Assembly: GCA_043228905.1 (NCBI GenBank)
Contig: JBHGNT010000005.1
Coordinates: 2,232,001 to 2,296,000 of the forward strand
Direction of reading: 5' to 3'
DNA length: 64,000 bases
DNA from: Azolla caroliniana
Lineage: Eukaryota; Plantae; Polypodiophyta
Below the pieces are notes generated by a model. That model made no database searches, was not told the DNA's origin, and saw nothing but the letters and a program-made list of their open reading frames with translations. The translations under genes and the position numbers were made by a program. Positions 1 through 12,179 of the stretch are shown one piece after another (within the stretch, counting starts at the first letter, position 1; every line of letters starts with the position of its first letter).

Positions 1-1269
1 TAGGTGTTAGGACTATATAAGGGTGATTATATACCCTCTTCATTACGACATCTTGAGATGTTGTTGAAACTCTACTAGTGAGGCGAAGCTCTCTTATTAG
101 AATGAGTTATTCGGCTACCAAGGTATTACATATGTTAATATGCGGTGTTGTGGGGTCTTTATGGTATTTTATGTTTGTCTCGTGTCCTTCACCTAGGGGT
201 GGTCGGAATACTTATCCTTAATATTTTATTATATTTGAAAATTCAAAATTAAATAATTGGATCAAACTATGTGCGATGCCACTTAGGAGAAAGACAAGCA
301 TGTTCTTAAGTTCCCTTATTTTGATTTGTTTGTGCAATAGTGCAATCTCTTGGTAATATGAATGGTATGATTAAGTTTAAGATCTAAGTTTGGCTAAGGG
401 ATTATGTTGGGCACGTATTGTGATGCTAAACGGGTTGGTGGTTTGATATATTTTGATGGGCAAGAAATAAGCAACCAAATAAGTGATTGTACTCGATACA
501 AGTGGGGTACAAGCCAAGTAACTATCTTGTTTTCTCTAGTAGAAATGGAGGTCTAAGCCAAATAGCTATGCAAAGCACAAACAAGTTTACATTTTGAACA
601 TCCTCATCAAGATTTACTTTCTACAAAACTCACGTAGTTTTAAGTTACTTCTAGATTGTTGCAAAGTATTTTCAATTTGTTTATTATTACTTTCGGCTAT
701 CCTCGAGCATAAAATAAAAACTAAATCATCACTTCTTTTTCATCAAATAAAGTCCAAGATAATTGATCCAAAATTGCGAGTTGTTCTCAACATGAAGGGT
801 TTATTTGGAAAAAGTAACTCTACATGTAAGGAGAATTTTTCATGCAAATTTTGAGAAGCCATTTGCAAGTGAAATAATAAGATGATATCATCCTAAAATC
901 CCAAAAAGAATCATGGCATTTAGGATAGCTATGAGAAAGTTTCATATTCTTTCCAATTATCAAGATACATTGTTTTAGTTACAAGCATGCCACATATTGA
1001 AACCTCCAATTCTAGATTTGATTGAAGATATGCTTCAGGTAGATTGGTTATTTGGGGGGATGTAAAAGCTTGGCCAAACAACATACAATGGGGGGATCAT
1101 ATGAGGTTCCAACCTTGATATTGCACCATCATCTAATGTAGTATATTGCACCAGTTGGGTGGAAAAGCCCCATCACTATTTATTTGTTCACGTGAGAAGT
1201 GCGCCAACAAATGAGCCCATGTAACTGTCGATTCGGTCTTCATGGATAGAACCAGGAGTAGGATATAGA

Positions 1270-1960
1270 ACTCATCCCCCCTGAAAAGGTCAAAGTGTTT
1301 TTCTGGTTAATCACCCATCAAGCTGTTCCAACGAGAGAGTGGCTTGTGAAAAGCGGTGGCATGAGCGATTGCAAGGCTTGCGGAGCGAGTTTAGAGGACA
1401 TCGCACATTATTTGTGGAGCTTCCCGCTTGCCCAATAAGTTTGGACGAGGAGCTTAAGAATCTTGGCTCAGTATGGGGTTAATGTTCATATATTAAGCGC
1501 AACATTTATATGGTTGGCTATTGAATTGGCCGCGTGGTTCCATGCGTGAAATGAAAATAGTCCTTCTTCAAAGGTGGTGCATGGAATTGTACAAACCTTA
1601 ATATAGGGGGGTTCATGATACGTGGACATTTGGTTATTAGTGGCCAACACTACAATTTGGCAAGTGTTGCTATCTAGATGCAAAGAGTCTTTCACGGGTA
1701 AATCGACTGAGAGTTTAATGATGATCTACTTTAATCTTATTTCTACGTTACAAGGAGAGTTTGAAAGCATTTAGGGGACCTTGAATGCGAATGAAGAAGT
1801 TAGAGGCTGTTTCGTCCTGAAATGGAGAGGTTCTCCGATGTTGCAAATGGTGGACGACAATGCAAAGTGGATTTATTAGCCAACACAATGGTTGTTTCCA
1901 CCAAGGCTACCAAACATCGCAAATAGGTGGGCGTTGCCACGTGAGGAGATTGGAGGATGT
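1270..1960 (+). mobile_element. Decayed 3' fragment of an L1-like LINE (zf-RVT region and C-terminal tail)
   Basis: Manual translation gives KVKVFFWLITHQAVPTREWLVKSGGMSDCKACGASLEDIAHYLW, a zf-RVT-type motif with stops. It is homologous to 47503-47895(-) and ~59170-59800(+). Boundaries are approximate. Confidence 0.75.
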
Positions 1961-2434
1961 CTATGCTAAATTAGGGTCGTATGAGGCTCACGTTGAGGGT
2001 ATGTGGTCGAGTAATATTGTGCTCATCGGATGCATGCTGTTATTATCCAGATTGTCCAAGGGAAGGTTGCTCATCGTCCTCCGTTCGTCCCTCTTGATGC
2101 GGTGATTATTAGCTTATTTTTTTGTTGATTCCTTTGTACATGCTGATCTCTTTGTAACCATGCAAGTTGGCTTGTAAGATATGAGTTGCTATATATTATC
2201 TTATGTACATTGACTTTACTAATGGGAGTAGTAATTTTTTTGAAAAGAAAAACATAACATATTTGTCAACCTTTTCGGGTGTGAAAGTATGTGGGATTTG
2301 AACCCATGACCTTTTTATATTCACATACCCCCCCCCCTCCAAAAGGATAAGCCCAGTAAGGTAGAAAGAAGAAGAAGCAGCAGCAGAATCTGCAGCTGGG
2401 ATTAAGCAGCTACGGAGAGCAGAGAGTTTGAATT

Positions 2435-5336
2435 ATGTCATACAGAGAGCTAGATCTTGCCTGGAAGGATTTCTTTATAGATCCGTCTGCGTACTGGCAC
2501 ATACGAAACAATAAGGTAACTCAAGAAACCCCCATAAAAAAATCCTGCTGATTGTTTTGATCCCACACCGTATGTAAGCTATGGAAATCTGTTATGATTT
2601 CTGTTTAGCATATCTGTGTACAAGAAAACAAAAAAAAAGGCCCGTTCTTTATGTAAGATTACACACTATGCCGAAACAAACGTCTGTTTTCATATAAGGT
2701 CTCATGGACGAACTTCTTCTTTACTCATGTAGAGTGGCTCAACCTCCCCTGCTTTTAAACAAAAGAAGACAAAGAGGGTTTTGTGGATTCATAACTCTCA
2801 AAATCCTCCGTGGGTGAAGGTAGAGCTCTTATCAAGAGATGAGGAGGAAATGAATGGAGAAAATCAGAAGTATAAGGTCGCCATGGATGATGGTGATGAT
2901 GATAGAGCTTCTCTTTTACAAGCCCTCAAAGCTTGCGGAAAACAAAAGGATCTGGATAAAGGGAGTAGAATACACAGTGAAATCCTCAAAAAGATATCTT
3001 TTAAGAAAGATGTCTACGTAAATACTGCCCTTATCAGTATGTACGCAAAGTGTGGGGCAGTGGAAAAGGCTCAAAAAGTGTTTGACGATCTTCTGAGTCG
3101 AAATGTTGTATGTTGGAATGCATTGATTTCTTGCTATGTCAAACATGGGCAAAGCAATAAAGCTCTAGAATCTTTTGAGCGTATGCAAGATGAAGGATTC
3201 TCACCTGATGCCTTCACATTTTCGTGCCTTTTGAAAGCTTGTGGAAGTATGGGGTTTTTAGGAGTAAAGAAAGGAGAAGAGATACATGATGAGGTTTGTC
3301 GGCATGGCTTATTGGAGAAAGATATTGTGCTTTGCACTTCGTTAGTGGATATGTATGCTAGGTCTGGTGCACTCATGAAAGCACAAGAAGTGTTCGATGA
3401 TCTCCCAATAAGAGATGTGACAACGTGGACAGCTCTTATTGGTGGATATACCCAACATGGGTTTGGAGATGAGGCCCTAAAGTGTTATAAACGAATGAAA
3501 GGTGAGGGCGTCCCCCCGAATGCTGTCACTTTTGGTTGCGTTTTGAGGGCTTCTGGCATAGTAGGAAACATTGAGAAGGGTGAAGAGGTGCATGTTGAGG
3601 TGAAGAAGCAAGGGCTTTTAGATAAAGACGTGGTGCTTGGCACTTCGTTGGTAGATATGTATGCTAAATGTGGTGCTCTAGTCAAAGCCCAGAAAGTGTT
3701 TGATGGTCTTCCATTGCGGAGTCTCTCATCCTGGAATGTGTTGATTTCTGGGTATGTCCGGCATGAGCTTAACGAGGAGGCACTTGATTGCTATAAACGG
3801 ATGCGAGCTGAGGGCATCTCTCCCAATGCAGCGATCTTTTCTTGTGTTTTGAAGGCTTGCGGTAGCATACGATCAATTGAGAAGGGAGAAGAGATACACA
3901 CAGAAGTTAAGAAACAAGGATTAGTAGGCAAAGACATGGTGTTAGGCACTGCATTGGTGAGCATGTATGCGAAATGTGGCATGGTTCGAAAAGCACAAGA
4001 AATATTTGACGAGCTTCCAAGACAGGATTCGGTTGCCTGGAATTCACTCATCATGGGATATGCTGATCAAGGCTATGATAATGAAGCATTGAAATGCTTT
4101 TGTGAGATGCGAGATAAGGGCCTATCTCCTGATGCGATCACTTATGCTTGTGCCTTGAAGTCTTGTAGCAACACTGGACTAGCAGAAAAAGGAATGGAGA
4201 TACATGCTGAAGCTAAGAAGCATGGATTACTAGACAATAATATCGTGCTCAACACCGCATTAGTGGACATGTATGCGAAGTGTGGTATGCTTGAAAAGGC
4301 AAAAGAAGTGTTCAATGAACTCCCTTCACGGGATTCGGTCTCTTGGACCGCGATGATTGCGGGATATGTGTATCATGGGCTTTATGTGGAAGCTCTGAAT
4401 TGTTTTGGGCAGATGCAAGATGAGGGCTTCTCCCCTAGTGCAATCACCTTTGCTTGCATTTTGAAAGCTTGTGGCAACATTGGATCATTTGAGAAAGGAG
4501 AGGAACTTCATGCTGAAATTAGAAAGCGAGATGGTTTATTAGAAGACAATATCATGCTTGGCACAGCATTAGTAGATATGTATGCAAAATGCGGCATGCT
4601 TGATCGAGCACAAGATATATTCAATGAGCTTCCTACCCGAGACGTGTTTTCATTCAATTCTTTAATAAGTGGATATGCCCAACTTGGAGAGGTTCAAAGT
4701 GTGTTACAATCATTTGACAAAATGAGACAAGAGGGGGTTGTGCCAAACATGGTCACATTCAATATATTGTTGTCGGCATGTAGTCACGCAGGGCTAGTAG
4801 ACGAGGGACAAATGTGTTTCGACTGTATGAACAATGTCTACAATCTCACTCCGACTTCAGAACATTACTCTTGTATGGTCGATCTCTTTAGTCGGGCTGG
4901 ACACTTTGACAAAGCCATGGCAATGATCAAGAAAGCGCCAAATGAGGATAGTTCGGAGCTCTGGTTGGCTCTTCTAGGTGCTTGTAAGAAATGGAGGAAT
5001 GTGGAGCTTGGTATTCGTATATTTGAACATTTGATAAGGTTAGACGGGAATAATGTTTCTGCATACGTTTGTATGAGTAACATTTATGCAGATGCTGGCA
5101 TGCAAGAAGAAGCCAACAAGATTGAAGCTTTGAGATTGAAAAATAGAGCGAAGGAGTTTAGTGAACTTTGTTGGTTGATTGATAAAAGTGGAAATGTGTA
5201 TTCGATTTCTCAGGGGCATAAGATCTATCCCCAAAGTAAGCAAATCTATTTGAAACTTGCAGATATGGGAAGTATGGAGGATAAATTGGGAGCTCAACTC
5301 CCACCCCCACCCTCATTTGCCATAAATAACAATTGA
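2435..5336 (+). CDS. PLS-class PPR protein (E1-E2-E+, no DYW) with an N-terminal OSB-like PDF motif; exons 2435-2515 and 2733-5336, ~894 aa
   Basis: The ORF 2781-5336 has about six P-L-S triplets (e.g. TALVDMYAKCG, WNALISGY, TFSCLLKAC) plus E motifs and a degenerate PG box/E+ (CWLIDKSGNVYSISQGHKIYPQSKQIYLKL). ATG 2435, a phase-0 donor AAG|GTAAC at 2516 and an acceptor TGTAG| at 2732 join in frame to the long ORF. Confidence 0.9.
2516..2732 (+). other. Predicted phase-0 GT-AG intron in the PPR gene, splitting the PDF motif
   Basis: GTAAC donor and a pyrimidine-rich acceptor cttcttctttactcatgtAG. Splicing restores one continuous conserved motif. Confidence 0.8.
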
Positions 5337-6289
5337 CTTGCTATTAACTAAATAGAATAAACTAGTCAGAAGCTATTGGAGGAAGAGTGTTTTCATGTAT
5401 ACTACATTTGATCTAATTGTTATCAGCCTATTAAGTAACTGGAGGAAACTGGTCAAAAACCATAGGACAAGGCATATGTTTTCTCATGTATACTACATTG
5501 CATCTCATGTTAAGCCCTTCCAAAGGAAAACTGAACTATGTAGATATGGTGAGAAATTAGCTATTACCATCGAAGGAGAAATTATCGATTTGGAGCAATC
5601 GTGAGAATTATGTATGTCTCCTTGTCATTGATGAGGCATTATATTTGCAGATTCTCTTATTTCAAATCACAAACCTGGAAGCAAAAAGATTTGATGTTGT
5701 GGAATTCATGTAGCCATACCTCGTAGTTCTTAATGTAAACCCACCTTGGGGAGATGGCATAAATTTATGCTATTTAAGGTTAATGCTGAAATGCCTTTTA
5801 AACTTTTTGTTATTTCCCAAAATTCACATGACAATCCATTAAAAGAGGAATGGAGTGAATTGGCCATATAATTGCTCGAGATGGATTGATTAGGGCATTT
5901 AGGGAACTTACGAAAATCATTGGGATATTTTGGATGTTGTCCCTAAAAGTATGATTACCCCTTCAGTTCCATCAAGTCAAGTATAACCTTTGTGGTATTG
6001 AATTCACGAAACTGGAATTACTTTAATACAAGCTACCACCATTCATTTTTTAACATCCATTAGTTGGTAAGAGTGCTTAAGAAGAGGTTGAAGGGGGGGG
6101 GGGGGGGGGGGTTAGTTTGTCAACAAAATATGGATTGTTTAATATTAATATTACCTTATTCATGTCAAAGCTGAAGCAAATGATAATTTTCACGCAAAAA
6201 ATGAAATGAACATAGATTTTATATTAATATATAAGAACAATTGCAATTTAGCTTAAGATTGGCATTGAGTTTCTTTTGTGACCATGTAG

Positions 6290-6600
6290 TTTTTAGGAAG
6301 AAGGAGATGTAACCGTTATGGGATTTACTCAATAGTACCTCCATATACTATACTTGGAAGGCTCGATGCTATTTTTCATCAACATAGGGTCTCGTTGGTT
6401 GAAGTGGTGAGTAATATTTGGTTGGACATGGCTCATACTTTGAAAGGATAGTAGAAAGGTTTTACTAGGGGTTTCAATGCTACAATTACTCAACATCTCT
6501 AGTTTATTACTCTTTGGAAAGATATTCCACTTCTATTTGTAAAAGATGGTAGCCATTTTTGGCATTTTCAACCACGAAAATGGGTGTTCCATTCGCCGTT
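6290..6600 (+). mobile_element. Short, very decayed LINE 3' fragment
   Basis: Translates as IFHQHRVSLVEVVSNIWLDMAHTLKG..FITLWKDIPL, similar to IFTNQTMHPVMLMQAIWSEVVATLKS..FIQQWSSSPF at ~59620-59790. Confidence 0.5.
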
Positions 6601-7551
6601 CACTTGAGAATCACACCTTTATGTATATTTGTCTATGCTAATGAATTGATATCTTTAAAAAAAGGCATTACATTGGAATGATATGTAGTAACCTGACCAT
6701 GATGAATGGTCCCCATCTGGCCATGGTGCATGATTGCCACTTGAATAAGATATACTATGCTACTGTAATTTATCGTATGAGTCCTATAGTAACTATTATT
6801 CATGATTTTACAATACCATATGTTAAGTATAATCATAATAATTAAAGGGGTAGAAAAATTGAGATCTGCATGAAGAAAGTCATGGGTACAAGTCTCTCCC
6901 ATGGGATTTTTTTGTATTGTCATGATAGTTCTCACTAACATAACACGCCATAATTTATACTAATGCTAATGGATATTATCTTTGTCTTTATAAATTTTTG
7001 TTATTGTTTAGCACATGTGTATGCAATAATACAACCATTATTCAACTCTTTCGTCTTGGTCAAGGGAAACATTAATTGAGTAGCTAATGCAAAATTTGAC
7101 CTAGCAACACCATGTTTGATAATGACCTTAGTGAGAGAGCTAAGATTGAAGCTTCACCTCAACCATACAGGTTTGTATATATGCTCATTTAGGAGCACTT
7201 AAACATCCATTGTAATTACTAATAATTACATAGTTGTAATCACACTTCTATGATCTAATTAATTTATCCTTGGTCTTTTCTAACGTTTCTCTTTGAAGCT
7301 CATGACTTTCTGCACCATAGGTAACAAAAGATGAAACCTCTCACAAGACATTTTTATTTGTTATGTTCTTTAGCATTCTACAATTATGCTACTTATCGTT
7401 AGGTTTGGTATTTGACATTTATTTCTTGTGAGAAAAATATATTATCTCATAAAGATTATCCATTTAGACGAATAGGCGAATTAGCTACACAATTTTTTTA
7501 TTGTCTTGACATCACAATGCTTTTGTGTTGTTTTATGTTGGATGAAGAATA

Positions 7552-7752
7552 TGTTAAGGGCCTGCAAGGTAGAAGATAAACACATATTTAGCTTCAATGG
7601 AAGTTCTCTCTTATTCTCTTCTCTGTAACTCTTTTTCACTCCAAGACACATCTTTACAATGTTAGCTTTGAGCTTATATACTCAAGCCCTAACAAGAGAA
7701 TGTGCTCACTTTAAGGATACAAAGTGAAAGGAGTCGGCCTTTTATGCCAACA
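7552..7752 (-). repeat. Probable 3' LTR of the copia element
   Basis: The minus strand reads TGTTGGC...CCTTAACA with an internal TATATAAG. It is preceded by purine tracts AAGGGAG (7755-7761) and AAGGGGGAG (~7807-7815). No second copy was found to confirm it. Confidence 0.5.
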
Positions 7753-8329
7753 AACTCCCTTGTAAAAGGGCTACTCTTTCCTATGTATACAAATAATTAG
7801 GGTTATCTCCCCCTTGAACCTAGATTACAAAACTAATCTATAGTTACAAGTATACATACAAGATTGTCGGCATTCGACCAAACCAATAGAGGTAAGGTTG
7901 GTGTGTAGCTTAATTTGGCAAATCTTTTGGATTGTGTGTTGCCCGGGTTGGCATGTCTGAGTCGGTTGAGTCGACTTGTTCGGATCAATTTACCTCCGAG
8001 TCAACTAGTTTGCTTGAATCGGATCATGTCTGATTCTTGGTCTTTAGTCGATCTTCTTCTCGCTTGTGCTAGCTTCCGCACTCCTCGCTAGATCTTCAAT
8101 CTGTCTTTGGCTTTGCTCGCATGTGGATCGTTTTCTCTTCAGTCGACATCCTCGCTCAATGCCGCATCTTCATCCTCTCGGTATTCCGACTCTTTGGATT
8201 TTGCCTTCTTGGTTCGTCCGACCGGGTCTGCCTTCGTCTTCCCTTCTATTGTTGTTCGTTTAGCTTCTTTCTACTTGGTCGCTTGTTGTAGTCCCATCAT
8301 TGTCCTCAATGTTCTAAAGCATCGATCTG

Positions 8330-11320
8330 GGAGTGGCTTCATAAGGCAATCAACGATATTCACCTAGGTGTCGATCTTCTAGACTTCGAGCTTCTTCTCT
8401 GTTACGAGCTCTCGGATATGATGAAATCGCATCTCAATGTCTTTCATCTCCGCATGATAGACTGGGTTTCAAATGATGTGTGTTTCACTCAGAGAGTCAT
8501 AATAGATGGTCATCGTTAGGTGGTCGATTCGTCTTGTTGTCGAGAAGTCAACTGATAATTGGTGCAGCCAGGTGACTTCCTTCGCTGCCTCCAATGTTGC
8601 TATTTACTTAGCCTCTGTGGTGAACATGGTCATGCACTTTTGAAGCTTCGACCTCCATGATATGGCACAACCGCCATAGGTGAAAAGATAGCTTGATTTT
8701 GACTTCTGATTGTCTACATTTTCGGCATAGTCGGAGTCTCTATAGCCTTCGACTTCGATTGGATTGGGTGATCTGAAAGTTAGTTGTGCATCCTTGGTTC
8801 CTCTTATATACCTAAAGATGTGCTTGACGGCCTCCCAATGCTTCCGTCCTTGGTTCGACATTGTACCGGTTGACGACCCCTACGACATAGGCAAGGTCGG
8901 GTTGGGTCGCCACCATTGCGTACATGATACTTCCTATGGCCGATGCGTATGGTATCTTTCCATTGAGCTTTCTGTCCTCATCTGTAGAGGAAGAGTCTGT
9001 GTCCAATAGTTTGACGATGCCAATAGCGGAGTCAATGCAGGCTTCACGTTCTCCATGTTGAAGCGCTTCATTGGCTTATGAATGTAGTATGACTGGGAGA
9101 GTTGGAGAGTCTTTGTCGTCCAATTTCGCTCGATCCTCATGCCTAGTATGTGTCGGGCTTGTCCAAGTTCCATCATCGCAAATTTGTCGTGAAGGCTCTG
9201 CTTTAGTTCTCTGATTTCTGCTCGATTACTCCCTACAATGAGCATGTCATCGACGTATAGGATAAGATAGATTCGAGGCTCGTCGGCCAATTACCGATTA
9301 TACATACACTCTCAGAGTCAGACCGACTGTAACCAAATTGCCTAATGTAGGAGTCGAACTTCTGGTACCACATCCTTGGCATTTGTTTTAAGCTGTAGTG
9401 GCTGTTCTTCAGTCGACATACAAGGTGACATTCCTCCCCCATCGCCGTGAAGCATGCCGGTTGAGACATATAGATGTCTTCTTCCAGGTCTCCGTGTAGG
9501 AATGTCGTCTTGACGTCCAACTGCTGGAGTTCTAGGTCTTCGGCTGCCATGACCCCAAGTAGGAGTCGAAGGTGGTCATCGTGACTACCAATGAGAATAC
9601 CTCGTCGTAGTCGACCCCACGTTCTTGTTTGGATCCCTTTGTGATGAGCCGAGCTTTGTATTTAGGCTTCTCTGAATCGAATATATATTTGTATTAGAAG
9701 ACCCATTTGCAGGGCAACGACTTCCTTCCAGCTGGTAATTCGACCAACTCCCATGTTTGATTATGATGAATTGAGTCCATCTCGGATTTCATGGCTTGTA
9801 GCCAGGAGTCGGCGTCTGACGCAACTGTAACTTCCTCGTAGGGGCTTGGTTCGTTTACGTTCGTGTAGTTGATGTAGTCGAGGCCTGGTTGATAGAACTC
9901 TGTTAGCCTTTCGACTCATCTGGATCTCCTGGGTGTTGACTTGGTCGGTTGATCAACATTACTTGAACCTTCTTCGGGAGTCCGTCTAAATGATCTGCTC
10001 TTGCGATTGGAGTTCATTGTTGTCGGATCATCCTCCCCTTCTTCGGGATCAATTGATCTAAGGGTCGAGGTCTTGGTCGGGTCGACTTGCTCGAGTTCGC
10101 TCTGCTTTGGTCAAATTAGGTCGACTTTTTCTGTTTCAACTCTAGTCAATTGTCTAGTCGAATTAATTTTGATTAGTGGACCTTTTGTCGATTTGGAGTC
10201 GACGAGGGGTTCATCAGCTCGGTCGTCTTCAATTGTTTGTCGAATCGTCACTTTGGCCCGGTGGATCGATCCTTCTATGGCATCTCTATAGATGTTGAAG
10301 GAGACCTTTTTGTTGACCCTTTTCGATTGGTTCTACTCAGAGAGAATCAAGTCTTCATTGAAGACTATGTCACTACTATGGATGAATTTTCTGGTTCTTT
10401 GGATCCCATAGCTGATAATCGAAGTCCCCATCAGTTCCATAATCGAGAAAGATACACTTAAGTGCATGGGGAGCTAAATTGGTCATTTTCTCCCTAGGGA
10501 TGAAGACATAGACTTCACATCCGAATATACGTAGCCTATCGTAGGTTGGCTGTTTGCCAGACCATAGTGCATGTGGCACTTTGAGCCTCTCTCGACAACG
10601 ACAAATTTATCACGTATATTGTCGTCTGCAATGTTTCGACCCTGAATTCTAGCTTTAGTCCAAATTGTTGGAGCATTGCCCTCTCTCCTGGATCGTTCGG
10701 TTGATCCGTTTCGCCATGTCATTCTGCATGGGTGTGTAAGGAACGGTCTTTTGGTGCCAGATCCTTTTGCAGACAGGTATTGTTTGAAGGCTCGAGAAGT
10801 GTACTCACCCCCCAGTTGGATCGGAGTGTCTTCACTCAGTGTCCTGATCGGTTCTCCACTTTGGTTAACCATCGAGAGAAGACCCTGAGCGCTTCGCCTT
10901 TCGACCTAATCGAGTAGGCCTAGACCTTCCGTGTACAACCATCTACAAATGTGATGAAGTATTGGGAGCCTCATAGTGACCTTTCAAGCATTGGTCCACA
11001 TATATATGTGTGGTCTAGTTCTAGGGGTTGTCGTACCGTTTCGTAGTGGAGAGAGTGTAGACTCGGGTCTGTTTCTCGTGATGACAATGCTCATAGAAGT
11101 CCTTCTTCAACTGGAGCTTCAGGATGTGGCCGACTGCCATTAGTCTGTCTAATCCGACTTGAGACATATGGTCGAGTCGGACGATTCACCTACATTCATC
11201 GTGCCCTCTGGAGTGATTGCCATCAACAGATACAAGTTGTTGTATTTGCATCTGCTTCGATTCTCATGTTTCCTCAATTGATCATCCATGACGACTCGCT
11301 TAGAATTGTTCGGTACCCGT
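8330..11320 (-). pseudogene. Copia pol remnant (integrase-RT-RNase H)
   Basis: ORF fragments 8604-8861, 8812-9006, 8934-9290, 9233-9550 and 10376-10579 carry standard copia RT, RNase H and integrase C-terminal motifs. Confidence 0.9.
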
Positions 11321-11595
11321 TGTCATGACATAGTGACATGAAATACATAGTTGGTGTCGTGACATGAAATAAATAGTTGGTGAGGATTGAACATACAACC
11401 TCACATGAACAAGATGTTATGCTCAACCATTTTGATATGAGCATAACATCTCAGAATCAGAATACTCTAGTCATTAGTATATTCTAGAAATATTGTACAA
11501 TATATTCTACATGGATATATTCTAGAAATATTTCTCGAGTATATTCTAGAGATATTCAATCTCGAAATGTGTATAAATACTTGTAATCTCCTTGA
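11321..11595 (+). repeat. 5' LTR (U3 part up to the TATA box) of the non-autonomous element
   Basis: Aligns with 12180-12279 plus 17122-17300 up to TATAAATACTTGTAA.CTCCTTG, after which similarity ends. Confidence 0.75.
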
Positions 11596-11832
11596 ATCCA
11601 TTTTCATTTTAGTTCAAGTCTCACTCCACTTTCCTTTGGCGAAGACCAATTTCGATCACTCACCTTCTAGTTCTAGTGGGGGTCACAACCACTCACTTTC
11701 CTAGTGGGGATCACATTGGTTTCTCTCTAGCACTACAATTTGTGTCGTGTTTTGGGTCAACCTCGACTATTTACCCTCTCATGATAGAAGAAGTTGAATC
11801 GACCGCTTCACCTGCACTCCTTTGCCCGTTGT

Positions 11833-12130
11833 TGTTCCTGTTCCCGGTAATGATCACACATGGTCGCGCACTCCCATTCTTGTTCCAGTTCTCGGTGAGG
11901 ACCGCATGGTCGCTCACTCCCGTTCGTGTTCCAGTTCCTAGTGAGGCCCACATGGTTGCTCACGCTCGTTGGTGTTCCAAGTCGCGGTGAGGGCCGTACA
12001 TAGTCACTCACATCCATTGGTATTCGTGTCTTTAGTGAGGACCGCACATGGTCACTCACGTCTTTGTTGTTCCAGTCTCCGGTGAGGACAACACATGGTT
12101 GCTCACTCCCGTCGGTGCTCCAATTCCCGT
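11833..12130. repeat. Tandem array of ~6.3 units of 46-48 bp with an internal stem-loop
   Basis: Units start at 11833, 11881, 11927, 11973, 12021, 12068 and 12116. Approximate consensus TGTTCCAGTnCnnGGTGAGGACCGCACATGGTCGCTCACTCCCGTTGG. Confidence 0.85.
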
Positions 12131-12165
12131 TCACCCCTACACTGTGCTTTCGAAAAGGTGGCCGT

Positions 12166-12179
12166 AAAGGGGAGGATAA
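12166..12179 (+). other. Polypurine tract of the non-autonomous element
   Basis: AAAGGGGAGGATAA lies directly before the TG of the LTR at 12180. Confidence 0.8.

Noticed and set aside
2291-2312. tRNA-like B box on the minus strand (GGTCATGGGTTCAAATCCCAC)
   Set aside because: No A box or cloverleaf. At most a SINE or tRNA remnant, not a tRNA gene.
2781-2852. ORF-track start (TTG 2781) or first internal ATG (2850) as the PPR start
   Set aside because: The frame continues upstream to a splice acceptor at 2732, and the conserved PDF motif spans the junction, so the upstream exon is better supported.
11833-12130. CRISPR array or hammerhead-ribozyme retrozyme
   Set aside because: The units are contiguous repeats without unique spacers, there are no cas genes, the context is eukaryotic, and no CUGANGA/GAAA hammerhead core was seen.
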